This document shows, piece by piece, positions 36,070 through 45,017 of a stretch of DNA of 51,719 nucleotides. Below the pieces are notes generated by a model that searched no databases, had not been told where the DNA came from, and was given only the letters and a program-made list of their open reading frames with translations. The position numbers and the translations under genes are program-made. Source of the DNA: Pseudomonadota bacterium (GTDB lineage Bacteria > Pseudomonadota > Alphaproteobacteria > RF32 > CAG-239); NCBI GenBank assembly GCA_030536665.1, contig JAUNPO010000001.1, positions 5,336 to 57,054 on the forward strand, given 5' to 3'. Position 1 is the stretch's first letter. Each line of letters opens with the position of its first letter.

Positions 36070-36293
36070 AAGCGGCAGAGTTTGCCGCCGAGGGCGTCGA
36101 AACCCTTTGTTCTTAGCGGTCGTCAAGCATAATTGCGACTTTAAATAAGTATATGCTGATATCTGTCCATGTGCTAGAGGCGGATGTCAGCGTTATAAGG
36201 CTTTGCACGAAAGCGCTGAGCCGTTTGCTAAGACACGGTTTCGAACATCCGCCCGCCTTTAAAAGCGGGTTTTGTTTTAACTGGAAACAAAGG
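36070..36293 (+). ncRNA. Candidate structured 5' leader / riboswitch-like RNA, copy A
   Basis: It shows several hairpins that covary with copy B. The first is gcggca-gagtt-tgccgc at 36072-36088. A long-range pairing joins ggcggatgt at 36179-36187 with acatccgcc at 36245-36253. A third pairing is tcagcg/cgctga. A terminator (cccgc…gcggg+ttttgtttt) lies at 36252-36278. The ORF-track extension from 36153 overlaps it and is probably not translated. Confidence 0.55.
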
Positions 36294-37118
36294 ATGTTCA
36301 ACATGAATATTAATCTTAAATTTCTACTCTTAGAAACAACACTGTCTTTAATTCCAAATTTCTTATATGCACAATGTTCACCGGCTCAAAATTGTGCTGA
36401 ACTCGGCTATATAGAAACTTCCAATAAAGGCGGCTGTTTGAAATGTCCGTTTGGTAATGGATGGTATTGCCCAGATTCCAAAGAAGAAAAAGCTATACTC
36501 GGCGAGTGTAGCGGCTATGCTAAAAACTGTAAAATCGGCGATATCCTTAACAGCGATGGTACTTGTACAACGGATAAAGCAAGTGGTAAGACACCGATAG
36601 GGGTGGTCATTGCCGTCAAAGACGATTGTGGTTGGGCTATAACGGCAAATCCGGTTGCGCAGGGTACACCTTGGTCAACTAAGCCTAATTATACAGTGTT
36701 GCCTATAAATTCCGGAAATATAGCAAATGTGTACGATAATTGTGAATATACAAAAATCATCACCGCTGAGGGTAACAATAACGAATTTCCTGCAGCATGG
36801 GCTGCAATAAACTATGCGCCGACAGCCGCGCCGGAAACCAAAGGAAAATGGTGTCTTCCTGCTCCGGGAATAATGAATGATTTATTTCCGTACCTCAATG
36901 AGGTTAACAATGCAATAGCAAAACTAAGCGGAACGGTTCTCACGGCTCAAATAGGCCCGGAATCATATGTAGACAGAAATGAACACCTCTGGTTATCTGT
37001 TGAGGGCGATAATCTGAACGCTTATTATTTTTGCGCAGCCTGTCCAACGTTTATTAGCAATACAGCCAAGAAGAACTATCTTACGACATTTACGGTGCGC
37101 CCGGTACTGGCCTTTTAA
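36294..37118 (+). CDS. Secreted Cys-rich protein with a DUF1566-like domain, paralog A
   Basis: Signal peptide M(FNM)NINLKFLLLETTLSLIPNFLYA|QC. The body contains GKWCLPAPGIMNDL and the C-terminus is …VRPVLAF. An alternative start is at 36303. Confidence 0.65.
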   Translation: MFNMNINLKFLLLETTLSLIPNFLYAQCSPAQNCAELGYIETSNKGGCLKCPFGNGWYCPDSKEEKAILGECSGYAKNCKIGDILNSDGTCTTDKASGKTPIGVVIAVKDDCGWAITANPVAQGTPWSTKPNYTVLPINSGNIANVYDNCEYTKIITAEGNNNEFPAAWAAINYAPTAAPETKGKWCLPAPGIMNDLFPYLNEVNNAIAKLSGTVLTAQIGPESYVDRNEHLWLSVEGDNLNAYYFCAACPTFISNTAKKNYLTTFTVRPVLAF

Positions 37119-37130
37119 TTCTGTAACAAC

Positions 37131-37160
37131 AACAGGGGCTGAAAAAATCAGCCCCTGTTA
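37131..37160. terminator. Hairpin between the convergent DUF1566-like gene and dnaJ
   Basis: 12-bp stem aacaggggctga/tcagcccctgtt with an AAAAA loop. Confidence 0.6.
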
Positions 37161-37177
37161 TTGCAAGTACCATATAT

Positions 37178-38323
37178 TTAAGCAACAAATAAATCCTTAA
37201 TCCGGTCAAAAAAGCCTTTAGCTTCCGGCTGACAGTTTTCGTCTTTGCTGATTTCTCTGAATTCTTCCAGCAATTCTTTTTGCCGTGCCGAAAGATTCGT
37301 CGGTGTTTCGACCCGGAATCTCACAAACAAATCGCCGCGTTTGGCAGAACGGATAATCGTCATTCCCTGGGCGGAAACCTTTTTCTGCTGGTCGGTCTGC
37401 GTACCGGCACTGACGTCAACTTCTATCTTTTCGCCGTTTATTCCCGGAATTTCAATCTTTCCGCCAAGGGCGGCACAAGCCATGGATATCGGAACCCTGA
37501 CATAAAGATTGGCACCGTCGCGAACAAACAGCTTATGTTCTTTAACTGAAATGAAAACATACAAATCGCCGTTAGCGCCGCCGCGGATTCCGCTTTGTCC
37601 CTCGTTGGGAACACGCATGCGCGTATTGTCTTCTACCCCGGCGGGAATCTTGATTTTAAGAGTCTTTTCATTGCGAATGACGCCTTCGCCGTGACATTTT
37701 TTACAGGCATCTTTAACCAAACGCCCCTCGCCGTGGCAGTGCGGGCAATAAGTTTCAACAATCATAAAACCGCGCTGGCTGCGAATTTTTCCGCTTCCCT
37801 GGCAATGTGGGCAGACCGGCGCTTCCTGGCCGTCAGCCGTGCCATGCCCGTGACATTCGTCACATTCTTTGGTTGAGGGGATTTTTATCTCTTTTTCGAC
37901 ACCGGAAAAAGCTTCTTCCAAGGTAATTTCCAGATTATAACGCAAATCTGCGCCGTCTTGCGCGTAAGATTGCTGGGCATTTCTGCGCCCGCCGCCCATA
38001 AATTCTGAGAAAACGTCTGAAAAGATATCGGAAAAGCCGCCGCCGAAATTAAAGTCAAATCCGTTGAACGGATTACCGCCGCCCATGCCGCCGTTAGCAA
38101 AAGCCTGATGTCCGTAACGATCATATGCGGCGCGTTTTTGCTCGTCTTTCAAAACGTCGTATGCTTCATTAATCTCTTTGAATTTTGATTCTGCCTCTTT
38201 GTCGCCGGGGTTTCTGTCCGGATGGTATTTCATTGCCAAACGGCGGTAAGACTTTTTGATTTCCTCGCCGCTGGCACTTTTTGCAACTTCCAAAAGCTCG
38301 TAATAATCTTTTTCCGTAGCCAT
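37178..38323 (-). CDS. dnaJ: Molecular chaperone DnaJ
   Basis: J domain with HPD (YHPDRNPGD), a G/F region and four CxxCxGxG zinc repeats. Confidence 0.95.
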   Translation of the reverse strand: MATEKDYYELLEVAKSASGEEIKKSYRRLAMKYHPDRNPGDKEAESKFKEINEAYDVLKDEQKRAAYDRYGHQAFANGGMGGGNPFNGFDFNFGGGFSDIFSDVFSEFMGGGRRNAQQSYAQDGADLRYNLEITLEEAFSGVEKEIKIPSTKECDECHGHGTADGQEAPVCPHCQGSGKIRSQRGFMIVETYCPHCHGEGRLVKDACKKCHGEGVIRNEKTLKIKIPAGVEDNTRMRVPNEGQSGIRGGANGDLYVFISVKEHKLFVRDGANLYVRVPISMACAALGGKIEIPGINGEKIEVDVSAGTQTDQQKKVSAQGMTIIRSAKRGDLFVRFRVETPTNLSARQKELLEEFREISKDENCQPEAKGFFDRIKDLFVA

Positions 38324-38396
38324 AACTTCACTTCTTAAATTTTATTAGGATTAATCTTACCCTTTATTTAGGAAGTTTTAAGACAAAACGCAAGCG

Positions 38397-39428
38397 CTAT
38401 TTTTGAGATTCTTTGTTTAAGCGGACAATTATGTCAGGATATCGGGCAATAATGTTCTTCAACTGCTCGTCGTTTTGGGCCAAACCCAGATTGACGCTGG
38501 CCAAAGTTCTGTCTTTGGTCAGCCCCATCTCCCGCTCCGGGCAGACATATTTTATCGGCAGATTGTTCTTGATGACTTGAATCTTTTTCCCGTTTAGGAC
38601 AAGCATTGCCCAAAACCAGATATCATCAGCCGTCGGTGACAGTTTTTGAAAAAGCTTTTCCTGGCAGACATCTTGATAAAAACACTTGGGCGGGTAAAGA
38701 ACACCGCCGCCGGTTGTGCAGAAATTTCGATACGACGCGGCGGAAGCGGAAACGCTTTGTTCCCACTCCGTATATTTTTTCAAGCTTCCGTCAGCGTTAA
38801 GCTGAATGTAATGAGCGCGGTGACAATGGATAATCTGCGGATTTTCCAAATAAGCGTTATAAAGCTTTTCCAGCCATTCAGGTTCATAAAACAAATCGTC
38901 GTCGGCAGTGATGAGAATATCGTGAGGAAACTCTTGCAAAGCCGGAACCAGTTTTTTATAACTTTTCAGGTCGTTGCACCACTTTATCGATAAACCGTTG
39001 CGGCACAGGTTTAGCACTTCTTGCGGAATATCTTTTTCCCGTTCGGGAAACTGCTCTTTTGCCAGCCATAACACGACCATATCCGGTTTTAGCGTTTGCG
39101 TCAGAAGCGAATACAGCGTATATTTTATTTCCGCCATTCTTTCCGGAAAAGAAGTCAGGCTGACAATCAGCCGCGGCTTTCTGGAAACTTCGCAAATGCC
39201 TGATTTTGTAAATTTTCTGATTTTTCGGGATAATGACGCTTTATTTATCTGTTGTTTGACTTTTTTGCTTTTGAATTTAATTTTGATACCGAATAGCGTC
39301 ACGGCAACCCGCAGGTTCAGCTGCTCAATATTGAAAATTTTTTTTAATAAAAACATTTCAGGCCTGCAGGATTGTTTTTTGAAATTAAAGACAGCATAAC
39401 CGTAATTTAAATTTTTTGCAAGCATCAA
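38397..39428 (-). CDS. Glycosyltransferase (GT-A-like, DDD motif)
   Basis: Contains …IVSLTSFPERM…ITADDDLFYEP… The likely start is the ATG at 39356 (MFLLKKIFN…). An A8 run lies in codons 5-7. Confidence 0.6.
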   Translation of the reverse strand: MMLAKNLNYGYAVFNFKKQSCRPEMFLLKKIFNIEQLNLRVAVTLFGIKIKFKSKKVKQQINKASLSRKIRKFTKSGICEVSRKPRLIVSLTSFPERMAEIKYTLYSLLTQTLKPDMVVLWLAKEQFPEREKDIPQEVLNLCRNGLSIKWCNDLKSYKKLVPALQEFPHDILITADDDLFYEPEWLEKLYNAYLENPQIIHCHRAHYIQLNADGSLKKYTEWEQSVSASAASYRNFCTTGGGVLYPPKCFYQDVCQEKLFQKLSPTADDIWFWAMLVLNGKKIQVIKNNLPIKYVCPEREMGLTKDRTLASVNLGLAQNDEQLKNIIARYPDIIVRLNKESQK

Positions 39429-39541
39429 TAGTCATAAAAATAAACAGCTGTATAGCCGGGTTTTTATTTTCTTTACTTTTTGTCACATTTGTGCTACCTC
39501 AAAGCCTGAAAAGATATTATTAATAGTAAAAATTATAAATT

Positions 39542-40393
39542 ATGAAAAAAAATGTAACGTGTCTTGCAGAAAATTATGATGTTTTTTTGGTAGATTTGTA
39601 TGGTGTTTTATGGAACGGTGACAGTTTTTTTCCGCAGGCTCTCCAAAGATTGTCTATGTTGAGAGAAATGGGCAAAACCGTCATTATCCTGTCAAACTAT
39701 CCGCAGCGCGCGGAATTTGTCGAAAGCCTGTATTTTCGATACGAAATGCTCAAAGGCGTTCATTATGATAAAATGGTAACGTCAGGAGAATTGGCCTGTC
39801 AGCTTTTTGCCGGAGAAGAACGCAGGCTGAATTATGCGGTTATCGGCAAAAAAAGCGATAATTCTGTTTTCTCAGCTTCGCCTTTCCGACTGGTGACCGA
39901 CATCAATAAAGCTGATTTTGTATATTTGGCAACGCCGAAATACACCAATGAGCAGGGAATTTTAGTTGAATCGCTGGATTTAAACCATTTCCAACCGCAG
40001 TTGGATTTGGCCTGCCGTTTGAAAAAGAAGTTTGTTTGCGCCAATCCTGACCGCAAGAGTCATTCTTCGGGATATGCGCAAATGGTTTTACGGCCCGGCG
40101 CCATGGCTGATTATTGCCGGAACAAAGGCGCTGATGTCTTTTTTATCGGCAAGCCGGAAAAATTTTTTTATGATTTTGCCCTGCAGGAAACAAATGTGCC
40201 GAAGAATAAAATTCTGATGGTTGGCGATGCCCTTGAAACCGATATTCTGGGAGCTTGCAATGCCGGCATAGACAGTGCTTTGGTTAAAACCGGCGTCAGT
40301 TATGACGATATGTTGCACAGTTGTTGCCGCAGTCTGTTGGAATACGCCCAAAGCCGGAAAATTATACCGACGCATATTTTGGAATGTTTCTGA
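39542..40393 (+). CDS. HAD-superfamily hydrolase, subfamily IIA-like
   Basis: Motif I is FLVDLYGVLWNG. A later segment reads …MVGDALETDILGA…. Confidence 0.7.
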   Translation: MKKNVTCLAENYDVFLVDLYGVLWNGDSFFPQALQRLSMLREMGKTVIILSNYPQRAEFVESLYFRYEMLKGVHYDKMVTSGELACQLFAGEERRLNYAVIGKKSDNSVFSASPFRLVTDINKADFVYLATPKYTNEQGILVESLDLNHFQPQLDLACRLKKKFVCANPDRKSHSSGYAQMVLRPGAMADYCRNKGADVFFIGKPEKFFYDFALQETNVPKNKILMVGDALETDILGACNAGIDSALVKTGVSYDDMLHSCCRSLLEYAQSRKIIPTHILECF

Positions 40394-40394
40394 A

Positions 40395-40434
40395 TAAAAA
40401 AATACCGTTCAGTTTATCTGAACGGTATTTTTTT
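40395..40434. terminator. Bidirectional intrinsic terminator (HAD gene / dnaK)
   Basis: The sequence is aaaaaataccgttcag-tttat-ctgaacggtattttttt, with an A run on one side and a T run on the other. Confidence 0.8.
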
Positions 40435-40447
40435 ACTTTGAGGTTAA

Positions 40448-42361
40448 TTACTTAACTTCTTCAAAATCAGCGTCGACAACCTTTTCGTCTTTAGGCTGTT
40501 CCGCACTGCCTGCACCGGCTTCCGGTCCCTGAGCTTCGCCGGTTTGCTGTGCGTTGGCCTGCTGTGCCTTATACATAGCTTCGCCGAGTTTCATGGAAGC
40601 CTGCATCAAAGCTTCTGTTTTTTCTTTGATGACGGTCAGGTCTTCAGCTTCAACCGCGGTTTTCAATTCGCCGATTGAGGTTTCAATCGCTGATTTTTCA
40701 GCCGGGCTGATTTTGTCGCCGTGTTCTTTTAAGGTCTTTTCTGTAGAATTAATCAGACTTTCCGCCTGGTTTTTGGATTCTACCAGTTCCTTCTTGCGTT
40801 TATCGGATTCGGCGTTGGCTTCGGCATCCTTAACCATTTTTTCAATGTCAGCGTCAGACAAACCGCCGCTGGCCTGAATGCGAATAGCCTGCTCTTTGTT
40901 TGTTGCCTTATCTTTAGCGGAAACATTAACAATACCGTTGGCGTCAATATCAAAGGTAACTTCAATCTGCGGCATACCGCGCGGTGCTGGCGGAATGCCA
41001 ACCAAATCAAACTGTCCGAGCAGCTTGTTGTCGGCAGCCATTTCGCGCTCGCCTTGGAAAACGCGGATGGTAACGGCCGTCTGTCCGTCTTCGGCTGTTG
41101 AAAAGACCTGAGATTTGCGTGTCGGAATTGTCGTGTTGCGGTCAATCAATCTTGTGAAGACGCCGCCCAAAGTTTCAATACCCAAAGACAACGGTGTAAC
41201 GTCAAGCAGCAAAACGTCTTTGACATCGCCGACCAACACGCCGCCCTGAATAGCTGCGCCCATAGCCACAACTTCATCCGGGTTAACGCCTTTGTGCGGT
41301 TCTTTACCGAAGATTTCTTTAACTTTTTCCTGAACTTTCGGCATACGGGTCATACCGCCGACCAGAATGACTTCGCTGATTTCGTTGGCTTTCAAACCGG
41401 CGTCGGCCAAAGCTTTGCGGCAAGGCTCTGCTGTCTTTTCAATCAGGTCTTCAACCAGAGATTCCAATTTGGCTCTCGTCAGCTTGATGTTCATGTGTTT
41501 CGGGCCGGACGCATCAGCCGTGATAAACGGCAGATTGATTTCTGTCTGCGTTGCCGAAGACAATTCAATTTTTGCTTTTTCGGCAGCTTCTTTCAAGCGC
41601 TGCAAAGCAAGACGGTCATTCTTCAAATCAATGCCGGTTTCTTTCTTAAATTCGTCGGTCAGATAGTTAACCAAACGTTGGTCAAAGTCTTCACCGCCGA
41701 GGAATGTATCGCCGTTGGTGGATTTTACTTCAAAAACACCGTCGCCGATTTCCAGAATGGAGATATCAAACGTACCGCCGCCCAAGTCATAAACCGCGAT
41801 TGTGCCGTTGTTTTTCTTATCCATGCCATAAGCCAAAGCCGCAGCTGTCGGCTCGTTGATGATTCGCAAAACATCCAAACCGGCGATTTTACCGGCGTCT
41901 TTGGTCGCCTGACGCTGAGAGTCGTTGAAATAAGCCGGTACCGTAATAACCGCTTTTTCAATTTTTTCACCCAGATAACTCTCGGCATATTCTTTGATTT
42001 TTTGCAAAACGATGGCGGAAATCTGAGACGGGGCATATTTCTGATCTCTTGCTTCTACCCAGGCGTCGCCGTTTTCGCCTTCAATAATTTTAAACGGAAC
42101 AAGCTTTTTGTCTTTTTCGACTTCCGGAGAGTTATAACGGCGGCCGATTAAGCGCTTAATCGCAAACAGCGTGTTTTCCGGATTGGTTACGGCCTGGCGT
42201 TTTGCTGCTGCACCGACCAGTCTTTCCGTTTCCGTAAAGGCAACCATGGAAGGGGTTGTTCTGGCGCCTTCGCTGTTTTCCAAAACTTTAGGGTCTTTCC
42301 CGTCCATCACTGCAAAGCAGGAGTTGGTCGTACCTAAGTCAATACCAAGAACTTTACTCAT
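40448..42361 (-). CDS. dnaK: Molecular chaperone DnaK (Hsp70)
   Basis: N-terminal [14 protein letters not shown] and the motif DLGGGTFD. The ATG at 42361 has better Shine-Dalgarno spacing than the one at 42370. Confidence 0.97.
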   Translation of the reverse strand: MSKVLGIDLGTTNSCFAVMDGKDPKVLENSEGARTTPSMVAFTETERLVGAAAKRQAVTNPENTLFAIKRLIGRRYNSPEVEKDKKLVPFKIIEGENGDAWVEARDQKYAPSQISAIVLQKIKEYAESYLGEKIEKAVITVPAYFNDSQRQATKDAGKIAGLDVLRIINEPTAAALAYGMDKKNNGTIAVYDLGGGTFDISILEIGDGVFEVKSTNGDTFLGGEDFDQRLVNYLTDEFKKETGIDLKNDRLALQRLKEAAEKAKIELSSATQTEINLPFITADASGPKHMNIKLTRAKLESLVEDLIEKTAEPCRKALADAGLKANEISEVILVGGMTRMPKVQEKVKEIFGKEPHKGVNPDEVVAMGAAIQGGVLVGDVKDVLLLDVTPLSLGIETLGGVFTRLIDRNTTIPTRKSQVFSTAEDGQTAVTIRVFQGEREMAADNKLLGQFDLVGIPPAPRGMPQIEVTFDIDANGIVNVSAKDKATNKEQAIRIQASGGLSDADIEKMVKDAEANAESDKRKKELVESKNQAESLINSTEKTLKEHGDKISPAEKSAIETSIGELKTAVEAEDLTVIKEKTEALMQASMKLGEAMYKAQQANAQQTGEAQGPEAGAGSAEQPKDEKVVDADFEEVK

Positions 42362-42471
42362 GTTTTTCATATCCTTTGTTAATTAAAATTTTCTCTGTCT
42401 AAAAGTTATATAAGAAATGATTTTGGCAGAAGCAATAGGACGGCGCATTTTTTTGAAAAAATTTTGAATTT

Positions 42472-43427
42472 TTATAAACTGTCTATCAACGAGCGGTGGG
42501 AATGTTTTTGTTTGACTTCTTCTTCCCGGCAGCATCTCTCAAGTTCAAGAGCCGTTTTCAGGGCATTAAAAGCCTGTTTGACGGTTATCAAGGGCTTTTC
42601 CGTCCCGCGGATGCAGTTTATAAAATTGCGCAGTTCGTTTTGCAAAGAGGTAACGGAATCTTTATGTTCATGTACTTTTATGTCATTTTTATAAATAATC
42701 CCGTTGAGAAAATCAATTTCCCAAAAATCGTAATTGTTGTCTTTTATCAGCATACGGCGGTCTTTAACCGGAGAAACTCTGCTGGCGACGATTTCCGCAT
42801 AACAGGGCGTAGAATAGGTCAGCCGGACTTTGGCGTCGTCTTCCCAATGGTTTTTTTCATCATATTGGCGCTGAGGGCGGGAGAGGCTTTGGGCATGAGT
42901 TCCTGAATGATGCCGATGTCGTGAATCATCAAATCCAAAACGACGCTGGTATCATGCTTTCGCCCTTGCGTATTGCCGACCCTGTAAGCTTTAATGTTGC
43001 GGAACGGCAGGGAAATGGCTCTTTTCAGTGCCAGATAAGTCGGATTATAATGTTCAATATGCCCGGGAAGAATAAACGTGTTGTTTTCCGCCGCAATTTT
43101 AATCAGTTCTTTAGCCTCGGCCAGATTCGCCGTCAGCGGTTTTTCAATCAGGCAGGGAATGCCTTTTCTCAGAATTTGCTTGGCAGTGTAAGTATGTTTG
43201 TTTGTCGAGGCGGCAATGATAACGCCGTCCGTGTTGGCTTTGTTTATTTCATCAATGCTGTTGAAATAGGGCAGGTTAAGGTCCTTGGCTTTTTCCATGG
43301 TTGACTGCGGCGTAGAGCATAAAATGCCGGAAATTTCCACATCGTCCTTAAAATAAGCGGACAGGTTTCCGATATGCTTTGTCCCCATACGGCCGGCGCC
43401 GATAACGGCAATTTTTAACTTCTCCAT
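42472..43427 (-). pseudogene. Gfo/Idh/MocA-family oxidoreductase interrupted by a frameshift at an A7 tract
   Basis: The N-terminal Rossmann fragment (IAVIGAGRMG…EKP) stops at 42819. The C-terminal part is open in another frame from beyond 42900 down to 42472. One extra A in the run at 42851-42857 would fuse them (…MMKKNHWEDDAKVRLTY…). Confidence 0.7.
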
Positions 43428-43435
43428 GCCTTTGT

Positions 43436-44935
43436 TTAATCCTCATCGTCCTGTGTTGTAATTTCATAACCGCTGTATCCGTCGACAACGGAGTTGGCAA
43501 AGGCAAAATCAGTTGAATTGCAGGCATGGATTCTGAACAGGGTTTCTCCTTGATAGACGCTGTCGCCGACTTTTTTCAGCAAGTCGATTCCTGCGCCGGC
43601 ATATTGTCCGGCTCCGGCCAGAATGCCTATCTTGTTAATTCTGCTGTTGTCAATGGATTCTACAACGCCGCTGGCATTGGCAACAATATCCCGCGTCAGT
43701 TTTCCAAGCTGTGGCTGGGGAGCCTGTCCTTGAGAGTATATGATTTTGTTCATCATTTCCAAAGCCTGTCCGGAATCCAAAATTTCTCTGGCAACGGCAT
43801 ATCCCTGTCCGCCGCGGAGTTTCGGGTCAAATTCCAACATCCTTCCGGCCAAAAACAGCGATTTTTCTCGTAAATCCTGAGGGGCGTCTTTTTTGTTCAT
43901 CAGGACTTTCATCACGTCCCGCGCTTCCAGAACCGCGCCGACGCCGTTGCCGATAGGCTCGCTTCCGTCCGTAATCACGGCATCTATTTCTATTGACAGC
44001 ATATCCCCGACATATTCCATCAGTTTCCGCAGCCGCATAGCCTCATTTGTATTTTTTATGCGGGATTTCGGACCGACGGGAATGTCAATCAGCAAATGGG
44101 TAATCCCCGCCGCCATTTTTATCGCCAGAATGGAAGCGGCAATATGCTCATGCTGCGTAATGCCTATCTGCCTTTCCACGCTGGCAACGGTTTTGTTGGC
44201 TTCGGCAATGTTCAGGGCGTCATAACTGACAATAGCGCCGCGGTTTTGTTCAATAAGTTCTTTAAGCGTTTCTTCATCAAAATCAACATTGGCCAAAACG
44301 CTCATTGTATCGGCCACGCCGGCGCATGATGTCAGAGAATGGGAAGCCGTTTTCGGAACGGGAAGCCCGTATGCGGCAACAATCGGCGTGATAATCAAAT
44401 CCGTTTTGTTTCCGGGAACACCGCCTAAGCAATGGTGGTCGACAACAATGGTTTCGTTCTCCCAGTTAATGACTCTTTCGCCGACCATTGCTTCCGTTAA
44501 GGACAAAACTTCCGGCGCGGACATAAAGGAACCGGACGCGACCAAAAAAGAGGCAATATCCATGTTGGAATAACGTTTGGCGGAAATATCGTTGATGATG
44601 GCGCTGTATTCGCTGGAACTCAAAATATTGCCGGCAATTTTCCTTTTTATGGAATTCAGGCTGGGCGGCGGTGCGGACAAGGTAATGGAAACTTTGGCGC
44701 CTTCCGGCAGGTTTGTCATTTCAAAAGCCTCGGTGTTCAGGGCAATTTCGTTTGGTTTGACCAAACGGGCGTCGTCAACAATCTGTAAAAAAGCGTAAAC
44801 GGTCTTCAAGCCGCCGTGAATTTCAATCTTTGTCAGTTGATTGATATCGTCAACCTTATAAGCGATACACTCCCGGTTAAGATAAGCCAGATTCTCATTA
44901 AAAGACGTGATGGGCAAATGTTTCAATGTCAGCAT
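43436..44935 (-). CDS. Thymidine phosphorylase family protein (long 'putative TP'/AMP-phosphorylase-like type)
   Basis: Motifs VDHHCLGGVPGNKT and SHSLTSCAGVADTM. It is 499 aa. Confidence 0.75.
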   Translation of the reverse strand: MLTLKHLPITSFNENLAYLNRECIAYKVDDINQLTKIEIHGGLKTVYAFLQIVDDARLVKPNEIALNTEAFEMTNLPEGAKVSITLSAPPPSLNSIKRKIAGNILSSSEYSAIINDISAKRYSNMDIASFLVASGSFMSAPEVLSLTEAMVGERVINWENETIVVDHHCLGGVPGNKTDLIITPIVAAYGLPVPKTASHSLTSCAGVADTMSVLANVDFDEETLKELIEQNRGAIVSYDALNIAEANKTVASVERQIGITQHEHIAASILAIKMAAGITHLLIDIPVGPKSRIKNTNEAMRLRKLMEYVGDMLSIEIDAVITDGSEPIGNGVGAVLEARDVMKVLMNKKDAPQDLREKSLFLAGRMLEFDPKLRGGQGYAVAREILDSGQALEMMNKIIYSQGQAPQPQLGKLTRDIVANASGVVESIDNSRINKIGILAGAGQYAGAGIDLLKKVGDSVYQGETLFRIHACNSTDFAFANSVVDGYSGYEITTQDDED

Positions 44936-45017
44936 TTTTGTTTCCTTTTGTGAAGTAACATAGAGTATATTCAGTTTATTAATGGTTAATAATAAAGCAA
45001 GATTTCAACTCCGCCGC

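Noticed and set aside
36153-36293. N-terminal 47-codon extension of the DUF1566-like ORF.
   Set aside because: It runs through the conserved leader and its terminator, and the other copy has no equivalent open frame. The Shine-Dalgarno sequence and the shared MFNMNINLKF start are at 36294/36303.
39970-39984. Near-match to the polar word (ATCGCTGGATTTAAA) in the HAD-IIA gene. Weaker look-alikes occur at 31511-31521 (ccgtatttaga), 23894-23906 (ccgtattttaaga) and 24221-24233 (tatttatttaaac).
   Set aside because: Each breaks at least one invariant position of AC-N3-GTATTTAAA. They were not counted as copies, though they could be decayed copies.
41294-42151. 285-aa ORF on the + strand, antisense to dnaK.
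   Set aside because: It lies entirely within the highly conserved dnaK coding region, and its translation is low-complexity (F/R/Q-rich). This is the typical shadow ORF. The same applies to 21909-22628 (antisense to mlaE/mlaF), 338-826, 5703-6125, 15179-15595, 16180-16569, 17005-17961, 33474-33956, 34898-35389 and the other antisense entries in the track.
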